Part shown: one piece after another, positions 8,448 through 17,851 of the stretch
Layout of the letters: each line of letters starts with the position of its first letter
Position numbering within the stretch: position 1 is the first letter of the stretch
DNA from: a virus
Lineage: Duplodnaviria > Caudoviricetes
IMG/VR virus record: IMGVR_UViG_3300044448_004493
Location: 649 to 64,648 of that record
Length of the DNA stretch: 64,000 nucleotides
Direction: 5' to 3' (one strand)
Program-made: the position numbers and the translations under genes
Notes under the pieces: generated by a model
Seen by the model: only the letters and a program-made list of their open reading frames with translations
What the model was told of the DNA's origin: nothing
The model's database searches: none

Positions 8448-10533
8448 AAAACAAAACGAAGAAACAAATAATTCTTTTAATACACAAGGTACTTATACTT
8501 TAGGTAGAGTAAAAAATGTAATATTAGATGTTAATCAGGCATATAATTTAGGATTAGGTAAAAATAATTATGATAGTGTAGGAACTATATATTATGATAC
8601 AATAGATAATGAAGATGATTCTGTAAAAGGTAGAACAAATATACCTGCTAAACCTTTTTTTTCTTTTGTAAAAAATTATCCTCTTAAAAATGAATTAGTT
8701 TTGATAGTTTATGCAAAAAATCAAAACTTTGGAACAAATAGTACTAATGATGTATCAAGTTATTATATATCTAATATTAATATTTGGAATCATCCCCATA
8801 CTAATCCATTACCCTTATTATCATCTTTAAATAATAAAGATGAACTCCAAGAAGTAGATTATTCTAATGTAGAAAGGGGTTTAATAAATAAACCTATATC
8901 TAATGTAGATGGTGGTTCTTCTCCTTTATTGGGCGAATATTTTAAAGAAAAAACAGATTTAAAACCTTTATTACCTTTTGAAGGAGATATAATATTAGAA
9001 GGTAGATTTGGTAATTCTATAAGATTTGGTTCTACAAATGTAAAAAAAATATCTGAAAATAATACTTATAAAGAAGGAAAAACAGAAGGATTAAACCATT
9101 GGTCTAAAGATAGAGAACACTCAAATAATGGAGATCCTATTATTATAATTAGAAATGGACAGGAAGAATCTAATACAAATGAAGAAGGATGGATACATAC
9201 AATTGAAGACATAAATAGTGATAATTCAAGTATATATTTAACTTCTAACCAACAAATACCTAATTTTATTCCCGCTTCTTTACATTTTAAATCCCATGGG
9301 GCTAATTTAGAAGAAATAAAACCAATAAAAGAAACATTTACTAACCCCACATTAAATGAAACAGTAGAACCTGATTTTGAAGAAAGTGAAAATTTAATCG
9401 AAGAAAATGAAGAAATAACCCAATCCCCACCAACTCCAAATGTAGAAGGTTGTACAGATCCACAAGCAGAAAATTATAATGAAGAAGCAACATTAGATGA
9501 TGATAGTTGTATTTATCTTTTAGAAAATACATTAATAGAAGATAAAACGGATAATTTAAAAATGAGAACAAACAGTTACCCTCAAATAGGAAATACAGCC
9601 CCTACACAAACAGCTCCAGAAGTAAATCAAGGATTAAATCAATTAATAGGAAAACATTATAAATTATCCCATTTAATATCATCAGCATATTATAAACCAA
9701 AAATACACCCTACAGCTATATATGAAAAATATAGAGCATATATAGATAGGGATAATGGAAGTCCTAATGATAATTTTATAGTAAAAGATACATTAGGTTT
9801 TTATCCAGCAGGAGGAGGGTTTGATCATAAAATGATAGTAAAAGATTCTCAAATGAGAATAATATATAATGGAGTATATAGAATACCAAGTAAAAATTAC
9901 AAATTACTTATAGACGTAGCAGAAAAAGAAATATCAGGAGGATATACTGTAGATGAATGTTCCCCACCATCAACCCATGAATTATATACACCTCCTTATG
10001 AAGAAGACTCAGAAACTAATGATAATGAGATTAATAATTATCCTGGTATAGATAAAGAAGAATATAATGAATCTTGGACTATTGGGGATACTATAGTAAA
10101 TCACTTAAAAGGAGTAATGTTTAATTGTATAGATCCTATAATAGATAAAAGTCCCTTTCCTAAAAATTATTTTAGAATAAAATCAGGATATAGATCTTCA
10201 AAATTAACAAATCATATAGGGGGAACCATTATACAAAATGAACATTTTTATGGTCAAGCTATTGATTTTTATATAAAAGATCAAGATATAGAATTAGTAT
10301 GGGATTGGTGTTATAATAATTTAGAAAGTTGGCATCAATTAGTGTTAGCATATCCTGAAAAAGGACCAGATGCTTGGATTCATGTTTCTTATAAAAACAA
10401 AGATGAAAATAAAAAATTTACAACATTAATATCTAGAGATAAAGAATTACATAATAAATACGGGGGAGAAAAAAGAGACCCTAATAGTAATTATCAGGAT
10501 AATATAAAACCTATAAAATTAAATGAGTTATAA
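8431..10533 (+). CDS. gp5-like baseplate hub protein with a C-terminal peptidase M15-type cell-wall hydrolase
   Basis: FEGDIILEGRFGNSIRFGS hub-type segment, position next to gp25/gp6, and C-terminal SGYRS..H..GQAIDF..WIHVSY M15 zinc-ligand pattern. Confidence 0.65.
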   Translation: MPIRIKKQNEETNNSFNTQGTYTLGRVKNVILDVNQAYNLGLGKNNYDSVGTIYYDTIDNEDDSVKGRTNIPAKPFFSFVKNYPLKNELVLIVYAKNQNFGTNSTNDVSSYYISNINIWNHPHTNPLPLLSSLNNKDELQEVDYSNVERGLINKPISNVDGGSSPLLGEYFKEKTDLKPLLPFEGDIILEGRFGNSIRFGSTNVKKISENNTYKEGKTEGLNHWSKDREHSNNGDPIIIIRNGQEESNTNEEGWIHTIEDINSDNSSIYLTSNQQIPNFIPASLHFKSHGANLEEIKPIKETFTNPTLNETVEPDFEESENLIEENEEITQSPPTPNVEGCTDPQAENYNEEATLDDDSCIYLLENTLIEDKTDNLKMRTNSYPQIGNTAPTQTAPEVNQGLNQLIGKHYKLSHLISSAYYKPKIHPTAIYEKYRAYIDRDNGSPNDNFIVKDTLGFYPAGGGFDHKMIVKDSQMRIIYNGVYRIPSKNYKLLIDVAEKEISGGYTVDECSPPSTHELYTPPYEEDSETNDNEINNYPGIDKEEYNESWTIGDTIVNHLKGVMFNCIDPIIDKSPFPKNYFRIKSGYRSSKLTNHIGGTIIQNEHFYGQAIDFYIKDQDIELVWDWCYNNLESWHQLVLAYPEKGPDAWIHVSYKNKDENKKFTTLISRDKELHNKYGGEKRDPNSNYQDNIKPIKLNEL

Positions 10534-11005
10534 ACCACAAGACCCCAACATATATCAAGGTAAACAAGTAATAATAAATTCAGATAGATTATTATTTAAT
10601 GCTAAAGATGATTCTATTTTATTATTTTCAAAAGAAAGTATAGGCTTTAGTGCTAATAGAAGTATACATATTGATACTAGCGAAATAAGAGAGGGAGATA
10701 ATGCCAGTAAATTTGTATTAAATTCTCCTAATATTTATTTGGGGTTAACATATGATGATAAATTACCATCAGAACCAGCAGTATTGGGTAATGAGTTAGA
10801 AGAACTACTAACAGGAATATTAGGATTAATAGATGATATATTAGATGATCTAGAAAATAAAGTATCATATGTATCAGGTCCTCCAGGATCCCCAACGGCT
10901 CCTAATCCTGCTAATAGTTTTTTACTACAAGTAAGAAGAAATCAAATAAGAGATTTAACAAATGATATTCAATATATAAAAAGTAAAAACACAAAATTAG
11001 TATAA
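10523..11005 (+). CDS. putative baseplate spike / gp5 C-terminal-like protein
   Basis: Short beta-repeat pattern QVIINSDRLLFNAKDDSILL; overlaps the hub gene. Confidence 0.45.
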   Translation: MSYKPQDPNIYQGKQVIINSDRLLFNAKDDSILLFSKESIGFSANRSIHIDTSEIREGDNASKFVLNSPNIYLGLTYDDKLPSEPAVLGNELEELLTGILGLIDDILDDLENKVSYVSGPPGSPTAPNPANSFLLQVRRNQIRDLTNDIQYIKSKNTKLV

Positions 11006-11006
11006 A

Positions 11007-11897
11007 ATGGCAAGCACAATAATAAGAAATCTTCTTAATAATAATATTGATAAAGTTATAGTTAGAGCTAAATCTGAAGTAAAAAATGAATCTAAAAAAG
11101 AAATAACTAAACTAAAAGAAAATATCCCATCTCCCGAAGATTTAAAAGAACAAATAGTAACATCGGCATGTAGTGCTAAAGCTCAATCTAAAATTGAAAG
11201 AATATTTAATAAAAATAAATCATTATTAGATAAATTAAATAATAGATTAAAACAATCAAAAGAAAAATTAGCGGAATTAGATAATAAACTTAATAAAGTA
11301 CGTAATATAATAGACAAAATAAAAGAAATACTACAAGCATTAGGAGCTATATTAATAGCTTTAGAAATAATAGTAAGAGTAGCACCAGCAGGATTAGCTG
11401 CTTCTTCGGGGCCCGCTGCTAGTGGGATTATTATAGATAGATTAGGTAAAGCTATTGATTATGGAAAAGCTAAAATAAAAGAATATGGTAGTTTAACCAA
11501 AGCTATATTAGCCAATTTACCAAAATACGCAGAAAAAGCCTTAGCAATATTAGCAATAATAGGGGCAGCAATACTTGCTTTAAATATGTTAATAACATTA
11601 ATAGACAAGTTAATTGTATTTTTACAATTTTTATATGCTAAATATATAGAAAATTGCACAGTATCAGACCAATCCCCTATAAATAATGAGGGGCTTCTTA
11701 ATGAAGATCTTTTACTAGCAAATGAAAATATAAATTCTGGAATAGCTGATCAAATGTCTACATATTATGATGATTTATTACAAACTTTATCCGAAGGAGG
11801 ATATACATTACAAGCTCAAAGAATATATAAAGTAATTAATTCTTCAGATTTATTACAAAAATCTTATTCTTTAATTGAAACTCCTAAAACTATTTAA
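11007..11897 (+). CDS. coiled-coil virion protein with two long hydrophobic segments
   Basis: ILQALGAILIALEIIVRVAP and ALAILAIIGAAILALNMLITLI segments. Confidence 0.5.
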   Translation: MASTIIRNLLNNNIDKVIVRAKSEVKNESKKEITKLKENIPSPEDLKEQIVTSACSAKAQSKIERIFNKNKSLLDKLNNRLKQSKEKLAELDNKLNKVRNIIDKIKEILQALGAILIALEIIVRVAPAGLAASSGPAASGIIIDRLGKAIDYGKAKIKEYGSLTKAILANLPKYAEKALAILAIIGAAILALNMLITLIDKLIVFLQFLYAKYIENCTVSDQSPINNEGLLNEDLLLANENINSGIADQMSTYYDDLLQTLSEGGYTLQAQRIYKVINSSDLLQKSYSLIETPKTI

Positions 11898-11905
11898 AAT
11901 TTTTT

Positions 11906-11914
11906 ATATTTATT
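11906..11914 (+). promoter_or_regulatory. putative late promoter ATATTTATT
   Basis: Recurrent motif upstream of 11934. Confidence 0.6.
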
Positions 11915-11933
11915 AATAACCAAATAACAAAAC

Positions 11934-12362
11934 ATGAAAGCAAAAACATTTGAAAACCTAATTAGAAAAGTAGTTAGAGAAGAAATTGATTATGCGTTAC
12001 GTAGAGAAATTAAAACACTTAAAGAAGATTTACGTGATGAATTAAAACCAACTATTGTAGAACATAAAGAAAAAATAGTTGAAGTTCCAAATAATTCAAT
12101 GTCTGAAACATCAAGAAATTCTTTAAGAGAAAAAATTATGGGTTCAAACCCTTCTCCTAGAAGAACATTTAAAAAACAAAATTTCACATCAGATAATGCA
12201 TTAAATGATCTTTTAAATGAAACTGCAATGGGAGATACCAATTTAGAAGGAGGAAACACCCCAGGAGTATCTATAGAAGAAATGCCTGCTCCTGTACAAA
12301 ATGTTGTAAATAGAGATTATAGAGAATTAATGAAAGCAATAGAAAAGAAAAAAGGAAGATAA
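11934..12362 (+). CDS. hypothetical protein with an amphipathic N-terminal tag
   Basis: MKAKTFENLIRKVVREEI start; LLNE site. Confidence 0.55.
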   Translation: MKAKTFENLIRKVVREEIDYALRREIKTLKEDLRDELKPTIVEHKEKIVEVPNNSMSETSRNSLREKIMGSNPSPRRTFKKQNFTSDNALNDLLNETAMGDTNLEGGNTPGVSIEEMPAPVQNVVNRDYRELMKAIEKKKGR

Positions 12363-12365
12363 TAG

Positions 12366-12773
12366 ATGCCAATACTTAATTCTAGACGAAGAATAAGCCC
12401 ATTAGATCTTAATAAAAATGTTAAGATTGGGGTAGCTTTTCCTTTAGATGAAGTAAACTTATTTACGGGAACCCAAACTGTAAAAGAACAAGTAAAAAGT
12501 AATTTAATCAATCTTTTACTGACAGTAAAAGGAGAAAGAGTAAATCAGCCTAGATTTGGTGTAGGTATACGAAATTTATTATTTGAAAATAAAATAAATT
12601 TAGATGGATTAAAAGAAAATATAAAAAATCAAATAAATATTTATATCCCAGAAATATCATTAATAAATGTAATAGTAAGAGAAAGCGAAGATGGACATAA
12701 AATATTTATAATAGTATCATATAGGTTTATATCAGATGGGATTACTGATGCTGTGCAATTAAATTTTAAATAA
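12366..12773 (+). CDS. gp25: baseplate wedge protein gp25-like
   Basis: QVKSNLINLLLTVKGERVNQPRFGVGIRNLLFE is the GPW/gp25 signature. Confidence 0.9.
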   Translation: MPILNSRRRISPLDLNKNVKIGVAFPLDEVNLFTGTQTVKEQVKSNLINLLLTVKGERVNQPRFGVGIRNLLFENKINLDGLKENIKNQINIYIPEISLINVIVRESEDGHKIFIIVSYRFISDGITDAVQLNFK

Positions 12774-14662
12774 TGGCTTATACAAAAATATCAAATAAAA
12801 CACAAGATAAAGATATTCAATATCTAAATAAAGATTATAATTCTTTTAAAAACCAATTAATGGATTTTGCCCAGGTTTATTTCCCTAATAATTTTAATGA
12901 TTTTAGTGAAGGTAATCCAGCAATGATGTTTTTAGAAATGGCAGCCTATGTAGGAGATGTTTTATCTTTTTATACTGATACACAATTAAGAGAATCATTT
13001 TTATTATTAGCTCAAGAAAATGAAAACTTATACAATTTATCTTATGCTTTAGGATATAGACCTAAAGTAACAGCAGCAGCAACAACAAATTTAGAAATAT
13101 TTCAATTAGTACCTTCTAAATTAGTAGATAGTGCTTATAAACCAGATTTTGATTATGCCTTAGATATAGAATCTAATTCTAATTTCCAAGGAGGGGGTCA
13201 AACATTTACTATAACAGATACTGTTAGATTTGATTTTTCTTCATCATTTGATCCTACTAATATAAATGTTTATCAATATAATTCTTCAAATAACCCAGAA
13301 TATTTTTTACTTAAAAAATCTGTACCAGCAATATCAGGAGAAACAAGAGAACAAGAATTTTCAATAGGAAGTCCTGAACAATTTAAATCTATAACTTTAT
13401 TTGATAGAGATATTATATCAATAGAATCAATAATAGACTCAGAGGGTAATGAATGGTATGAAGTTCCTTATTTAGCTCAAGATACTATTTTTGAAGAAGT
13501 AGAAAATAGTGCAACTAATGACCCCGAACTACATGCATATAATAATCAAACTCCTTATCTTTTAAAATTAAAAAAAGTACCACGAAGATTTGCAACAAGA
13601 TTTAAAGAAACTAATGAATTAGAAATTCAATTCGGAGCTGGTGTAAGTGATAAAGCAGATGAACAAATAATCCCAAACCCAGATAATATAGGTTTAGGAA
13701 TTAAAGATGGAAGAAGTAAATTAGACACTGCATATGATCCTTCAAATTTTTTACTTACAAGAGCTTACGGTAAAATACCTTCTAATACAACATTAACAGT
13801 AACTTATTTAGCAGGAGGGGGTTTGGCATCTAATGTACCATCTAATATTATAATAAACCCAGGAACTTTATTAATAACTAATAAACCTAATTTAAATCAA
13901 CCTATGTTAAATTTTGTTAAATCTTCAGTAGCATCTACAAACCCGGAAGCAGCTACAGGAGGGGGAGCAGGAGATTCAATAGCAGAAATTAGAATGAATG
14001 CTATGGCTAATTTTTCTGCCCAACAAAGAACAGTAACTAAAGATGATTATATAATAAGAACTTTATCTATGCCTCCCCGATTTGGAAGAATAGCAAAAGC
14101 TTATATAACACAAGACGATCAAATATCTCCTCTTACTTTAGAAACTAATAGAATTCCTAATCCTTTAGCATTAAATTTATATATCTTAGGATATGATGGT
14201 AATAAATACTTATCCAATCTAAATCAAGCTTCTAAAACAAATCTATCAACATATTTAGAACAATTTAGAATGTTAACAGATGCTATTAATATAAAAAATG
14301 CTTTTATAATTAACTTTGGAGTAGATTTTGAAATAACAACTTTTAAAAATTACAATAATCAAAAAGTAATATTAGATTGTATTACTGAAATAAAAGATTT
14401 TTTCAATATAGATAAATGGCAAATAAATCAACCAATTATTATAGCTGAAATAGAAACTTTAATAGGAAATGTATTAGGAGTAAAAACAGTAGAAAAAGTA
14501 GAACTAATGAATAAAAGTGGGGTAGTTTTAGGGTATTCTAAATATAAATATTCTTTAGAAGCTGCTAATAAAAAAGGAGTAATTTATCCATCATTAGACC
14601 CAAGTATATTTGAATTAAAATACCCTGATTCAGATATTAGAGGTCGAGTAATAACATATTAA
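12773..14662 (+). CDS. gp6: baseplate wedge protein gp6-like (baseplate J family)
   Basis: DYNSFKNQL..YFP..FNDFSEG..MMFLEMAAYVGDVLSFY and AQQRTVTKDDY motifs. Confidence 0.88.
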   Translation: MAYTKISNKTQDKDIQYLNKDYNSFKNQLMDFAQVYFPNNFNDFSEGNPAMMFLEMAAYVGDVLSFYTDTQLRESFLLLAQENENLYNLSYALGYRPKVTAAATTNLEIFQLVPSKLVDSAYKPDFDYALDIESNSNFQGGGQTFTITDTVRFDFSSSFDPTNINVYQYNSSNNPEYFLLKKSVPAISGETREQEFSIGSPEQFKSITLFDRDIISIESIIDSEGNEWYEVPYLAQDTIFEEVENSATNDPELHAYNNQTPYLLKLKKVPRRFATRFKETNELEIQFGAGVSDKADEQIIPNPDNIGLGIKDGRSKLDTAYDPSNFLLTRAYGKIPSNTTLTVTYLAGGGLASNVPSNIIINPGTLLITNKPNLNQPMLNFVKSSVASTNPEAATGGGAGDSIAEIRMNAMANFSAQQRTVTKDDYIIRTLSMPPRFGRIAKAYITQDDQISPLTLETNRIPNPLALNLYILGYDGNKYLSNLNQASKTNLSTYLEQFRMLTDAINIKNAFIINFGVDFEITTFKNYNNQKVILDCITEIKDFFNIDKWQINQPIIIAEIETLIGNVLGVKTVEKVELMNKSGVVLGYSKYKYSLEAANKKGVIYPSLDPSIFELKYPDSDIRGRVITY

Positions 14663-14663
14663 A

Positions 14664-15830
14664 ATGGCATATTATCATTTATTTCCCCAAATAGATACAA
14701 CAATATACAGTCACCCTGATCGTAAAAATATGAATACAGGGGGAGATGAAATTTTAGAAATAATTAAAGAAAGGGGAACTGAAGATCAAAGATATTATCC
14801 TTCTAGAATTTTAATGAAATTTAAAAATGAAGAACTATTAACAGTTATAGAAGATATAGTAGGGAATAATAATTTTAATAATCAAGGAGTAACAGTATCA
14901 TCATCAATAGCTCTTAAATTACATACAGCAACACCTCAAAATTTATCTACTGTTTTAAATTTAGAATTATATGCTTTAGCTGAATCTTGGAATGAAGGTA
15001 AAGGTAGATATTTAAATTTCCCAACTTCATCAGGAGGAGCAACATGGATATATAGAGATGGATCCGTATCAGGAACAGAATGGACAACTTCAAGTTTTGC
15101 TGCCAATATAACTGGATCTATTATAGCACCAGGAATAACAGAAGGTGGAGCATCATGGTATACAGGTAGTGGTTTTAGTGCTACTCAAACTTTTTATAAT
15201 GAATCATCTTTGGATACCAATTTTGATATAACTTCTATAGTTCAAAAACATTCAGCTAGTGCTTTTGCAAGTTCTACTTATCCTAATGGTATTGTTAATA
15301 ATGGTTTTATTATAAAACAACCCTATTCTATAGAAACTAATACATCAAGTAGTTTTGGACAAATGTCTTATTTTTCTTTAGATACTCATACTATTTATCC
15401 CCCTAAAATGATTTTTAAATGGGATGATAGTATACATAATTCTCAATCAATAGCAAAACAAAACGGAGATTTAAATGTTTCTTTATATAGAAACCAAGAA
15501 GAATATAATCAAAATGATGAAGCTGTTTTTAGAGTCCACGTTAGAGATAAATATCCAACAAGACAATTTGCATCTTCTTCAAACCATTTAAATACAGGGT
15601 ATTTTACAACATCCTCTTATTATAGTATAAGAGATGCTCACACAGAAGAAGAAGTTATACCTTTTGATAATAACTATACAAAACTTAGTGCCGATAGTGA
15701 GGGAATGTATTTTAAAATATATATGAAGGGTTTACAACCTGAAAGATATTATCGTGTGTTATTTAAACATAAAAATAATGAGGGTATAAAAATATATGAT
15801 AATAAATATCATTTTAAAGTTGTTAGATAA
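14664..15830 (+). CDS. virion structural protein (baseplate region)
   Basis: Ser/Thr/Gly-rich beta-type composition; coupled to gp6. Confidence 0.55.
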   Translation: MAYYHLFPQIDTTIYSHPDRKNMNTGGDEILEIIKERGTEDQRYYPSRILMKFKNEELLTVIEDIVGNNNFNNQGVTVSSSIALKLHTATPQNLSTVLNLELYALAESWNEGKGRYLNFPTSSGGATWIYRDGSVSGTEWTTSSFAANITGSIIAPGITEGGASWYTGSGFSATQTFYNESSLDTNFDITSIVQKHSASAFASSTYPNGIVNNGFIIKQPYSIETNTSSSFGQMSYFSLDTHTIYPPKMIFKWDDSIHNSQSIAKQNGDLNVSLYRNQEEYNQNDEAVFRVHVRDKYPTRQFASSSNHLNTGYFTTSSYYSIRDAHTEEEVIPFDNNYTKLSADSEGMYFKIYMKGLQPERYYRVLFKHKNNEGIKIYDNKYHFKVVR

Positions 15831-17245
15831 TGGGGGTAAATATAAATTTTAATAAACCTACCCAAGGCGAAAGTACTTCTATAGAAGATAGATCATTTAA
15901 AGATCTTACTAAGAGTAAAAAAAAGATAGATGTTAATAAACTTTTTCAAATTCATGAAGAAGTATTTTATAAAATCTCCAAAACAGGAAAAAAATCCCAT
16001 ACTTCTATAATATTAGATTCCCAAAGTTATATAGATAATTATATAGACCCTTTAGATACAGAAATAACAAATCTAATAGATAATGTTGAGGAATTATCAG
16101 ATGAATTAGAAAAATTAGAACAACCTGATATAGATGCTAATCCTTTTTTTCCTAATGAAACTCTTATAACTTATACTATGCAAAATACCTATGGTCTTCC
16201 TATATGGGTAATGATAAATGGGTTAAAAAGAGAATTTAAAAACTACGATACATATGTAACTGCTAAAATAGCTTTGGGTTTTGATGAATCTGAACCAGAT
16301 CAAAATATATTACAAGAAGCAGACGAAGATATATTAGAATCTATACCATCAGGGGATGATATAAACAATGATGTAGATTTAGTAACAATATTTGAAGATA
16401 AAACAGGAGTAATAGAAGATTTAGATTTTAATTTAGATATAAAAAGCATGGCTGTTCAATGTCTTGAAAAAGAAACATATGATAATAATGGAGAATGTTC
16501 TATAAAATATTATGATTTAAAAGGACAACCACAAGAGGTAGAACTTATGAATACACAGCTACTTACAAATAATCCTAATGATGATCAAATAAGTCGTACA
16601 GTAGGTCCTCGTTTAAAGTGGCAAGCAGATCCAGAATCCTCCCTTCAACATGGATTAATAGAAGTTAAAGGATATACAGCTTTTTATTATGGGCAAGATA
16701 CCTTTAAATATAATGAACCAACAGATATCGAATTGGGGGGACCACCTCAATATAGTAAATGGGGTACTAGGATGTTTACAGAAATGCCCCCAGATGGGGA
16801 TGGTTATACTTTTGATGATAGAGGAGATCCTGGTTTATGGTCATCAGTATTAAGGGATCCAAATAACCCTTATTATAATACAGGAGCTTCCTATTACCAT
16901 GATGGTAACTGGTATTTAGATGGTGGGCCATTAGGATCAGGACAAGATGTATATGGAGCCCCAATATTAAGATGGGAGAATCAATATATAGTAGAATTAA
17001 GATCAGTAGGATCATATACAAGTGTTAGTGGTATGAGCTCTAGAGTTTATTTTATGTGGTTAACAGGAGGAAGTAAAGGAGGTTGGGATTATATGAAAAA
17101 ACATAGTAAATGGAAAGATAAAGGTTTACATAATCCTAAATATGATAGTAAAAGTAATAGATTAAAATATTGGCCTGCTAGAGTAAACAATGATTTTAAT
17201 GGAATAGGGTATACATTTAATGCTAATGGTAAAAGTAAAATATAA
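15830..17245 (+). CDS. virion protein (baseplate region); N-terminus paralogous to the next gene
   Basis: LFQIHEEVFY..NPFFPNETLI aligns with FFKIYENLFY..HPIFKNGKII of 17245..17817. Confidence 0.55.
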   Translation: MGVNINFNKPTQGESTSIEDRSFKDLTKSKKKIDVNKLFQIHEEVFYKISKTGKKSHTSIILDSQSYIDNYIDPLDTEITNLIDNVEELSDELEKLEQPDIDANPFFPNETLITYTMQNTYGLPIWVMINGLKREFKNYDTYVTAKIALGFDESEPDQNILQEADEDILESIPSGDDINNDVDLVTIFEDKTGVIEDLDFNLDIKSMAVQCLEKETYDNNGECSIKYYDLKGQPQEVELMNTQLLTNNPNDDQISRTVGPRLKWQADPESSLQHGLIEVKGYTAFYYGQDTFKYNEPTDIELGGPPQYSKWGTRMFTEMPPDGDGYTFDDRGDPGLWSSVLRDPNNPYYNTGASYYHDGNWYLDGGPLGSGQDVYGAPILRWENQYIVELRSVGSYTSVSGMSSRVYFMWLTGGSKGGWDYMKKHSKWKDKGLHNPKYDSKSNRLKYWPARVNNDFNGIGYTFNANGKSKI

Positions 17246-17817
17246 TGAAAGAAACTATTTACTTAAAACCAGGTAATAAAAAATTAAAATCACTTCCTAA
17301 TAAAGATTTTATAGAATTTACATTAGGAGAATCATCTATAGAGGAATTTTTTAAAATATATGAAAATTTATTTTATGATTTAACTAAATTCCATCATGAA
17401 ATATTAGTAGAAGCTTCCACAAAATATATAGGAACCCCACCTAATCCTAAAGAACAAGAAATAGTTTCTTTAAATAACCAAAAAATTGATATAGAAGACA
17501 AAATACTTTCTATAGTTCAAGAACACCCTATTTTTAAAAATGGTAAAATTATAGTAGCTAAAGAAGATACTAATATTAAATATTATATTCAATCTAAAAA
17601 ACTTAGAAAAATAAATAATTTTGATGTAATAAATAAAATAAAAGTAAATAATGGTCTTTCTCCTGAATACCCTAATTCAAAATTTGAAATAAAATTAGAT
17701 TTAGATGCCATTAATAGTTTTGAAATATCTAGTTTTGAAATAAACACAGAAGAAGACCTTAATCTATCAATAGCAGAATTAGAAAGAGCCTCTAGGAGGG
17801 AAGATGATGGTACTTAA
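17245..17817 (+). CDS. virion protein, short paralog of 15830..17245
   Basis: Shared N-terminal module; overlapping stop/start. Confidence 0.55.
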   Translation: MKETIYLKPGNKKLKSLPNKDFIEFTLGESSIEEFFKIYENLFYDLTKFHHEILVEASTKYIGTPPNPKEQEIVSLNNQKIDIEDKILSIVQEHPIFKNGKIIVAKEDTNIKYYIQSKKLRKINNFDVINKIKVNNGLSPEYPNSKFEIKLDLDAINSFEISSFEINTEEDLNLSIAELERASRREDDGT

Positions 17818-17838
17818 TATTAAAAATATTCCATTTTT

Positions 17839-17847
17839 ATATTTATA
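17839..17847 (+). promoter_or_regulatory. putative late promoter ATATTTATA
   Basis: Recurrent motif, only 4 nt before ATG 17852. Confidence 0.6.
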
Positions 17848-17851
17848 ATAT

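Noticed and set aside
11007-11897. Possible tape-measure protein
   Set aside because: At 296 aa it is too short for a large myovirus tail, and no sheath or tube genes are adjacent.
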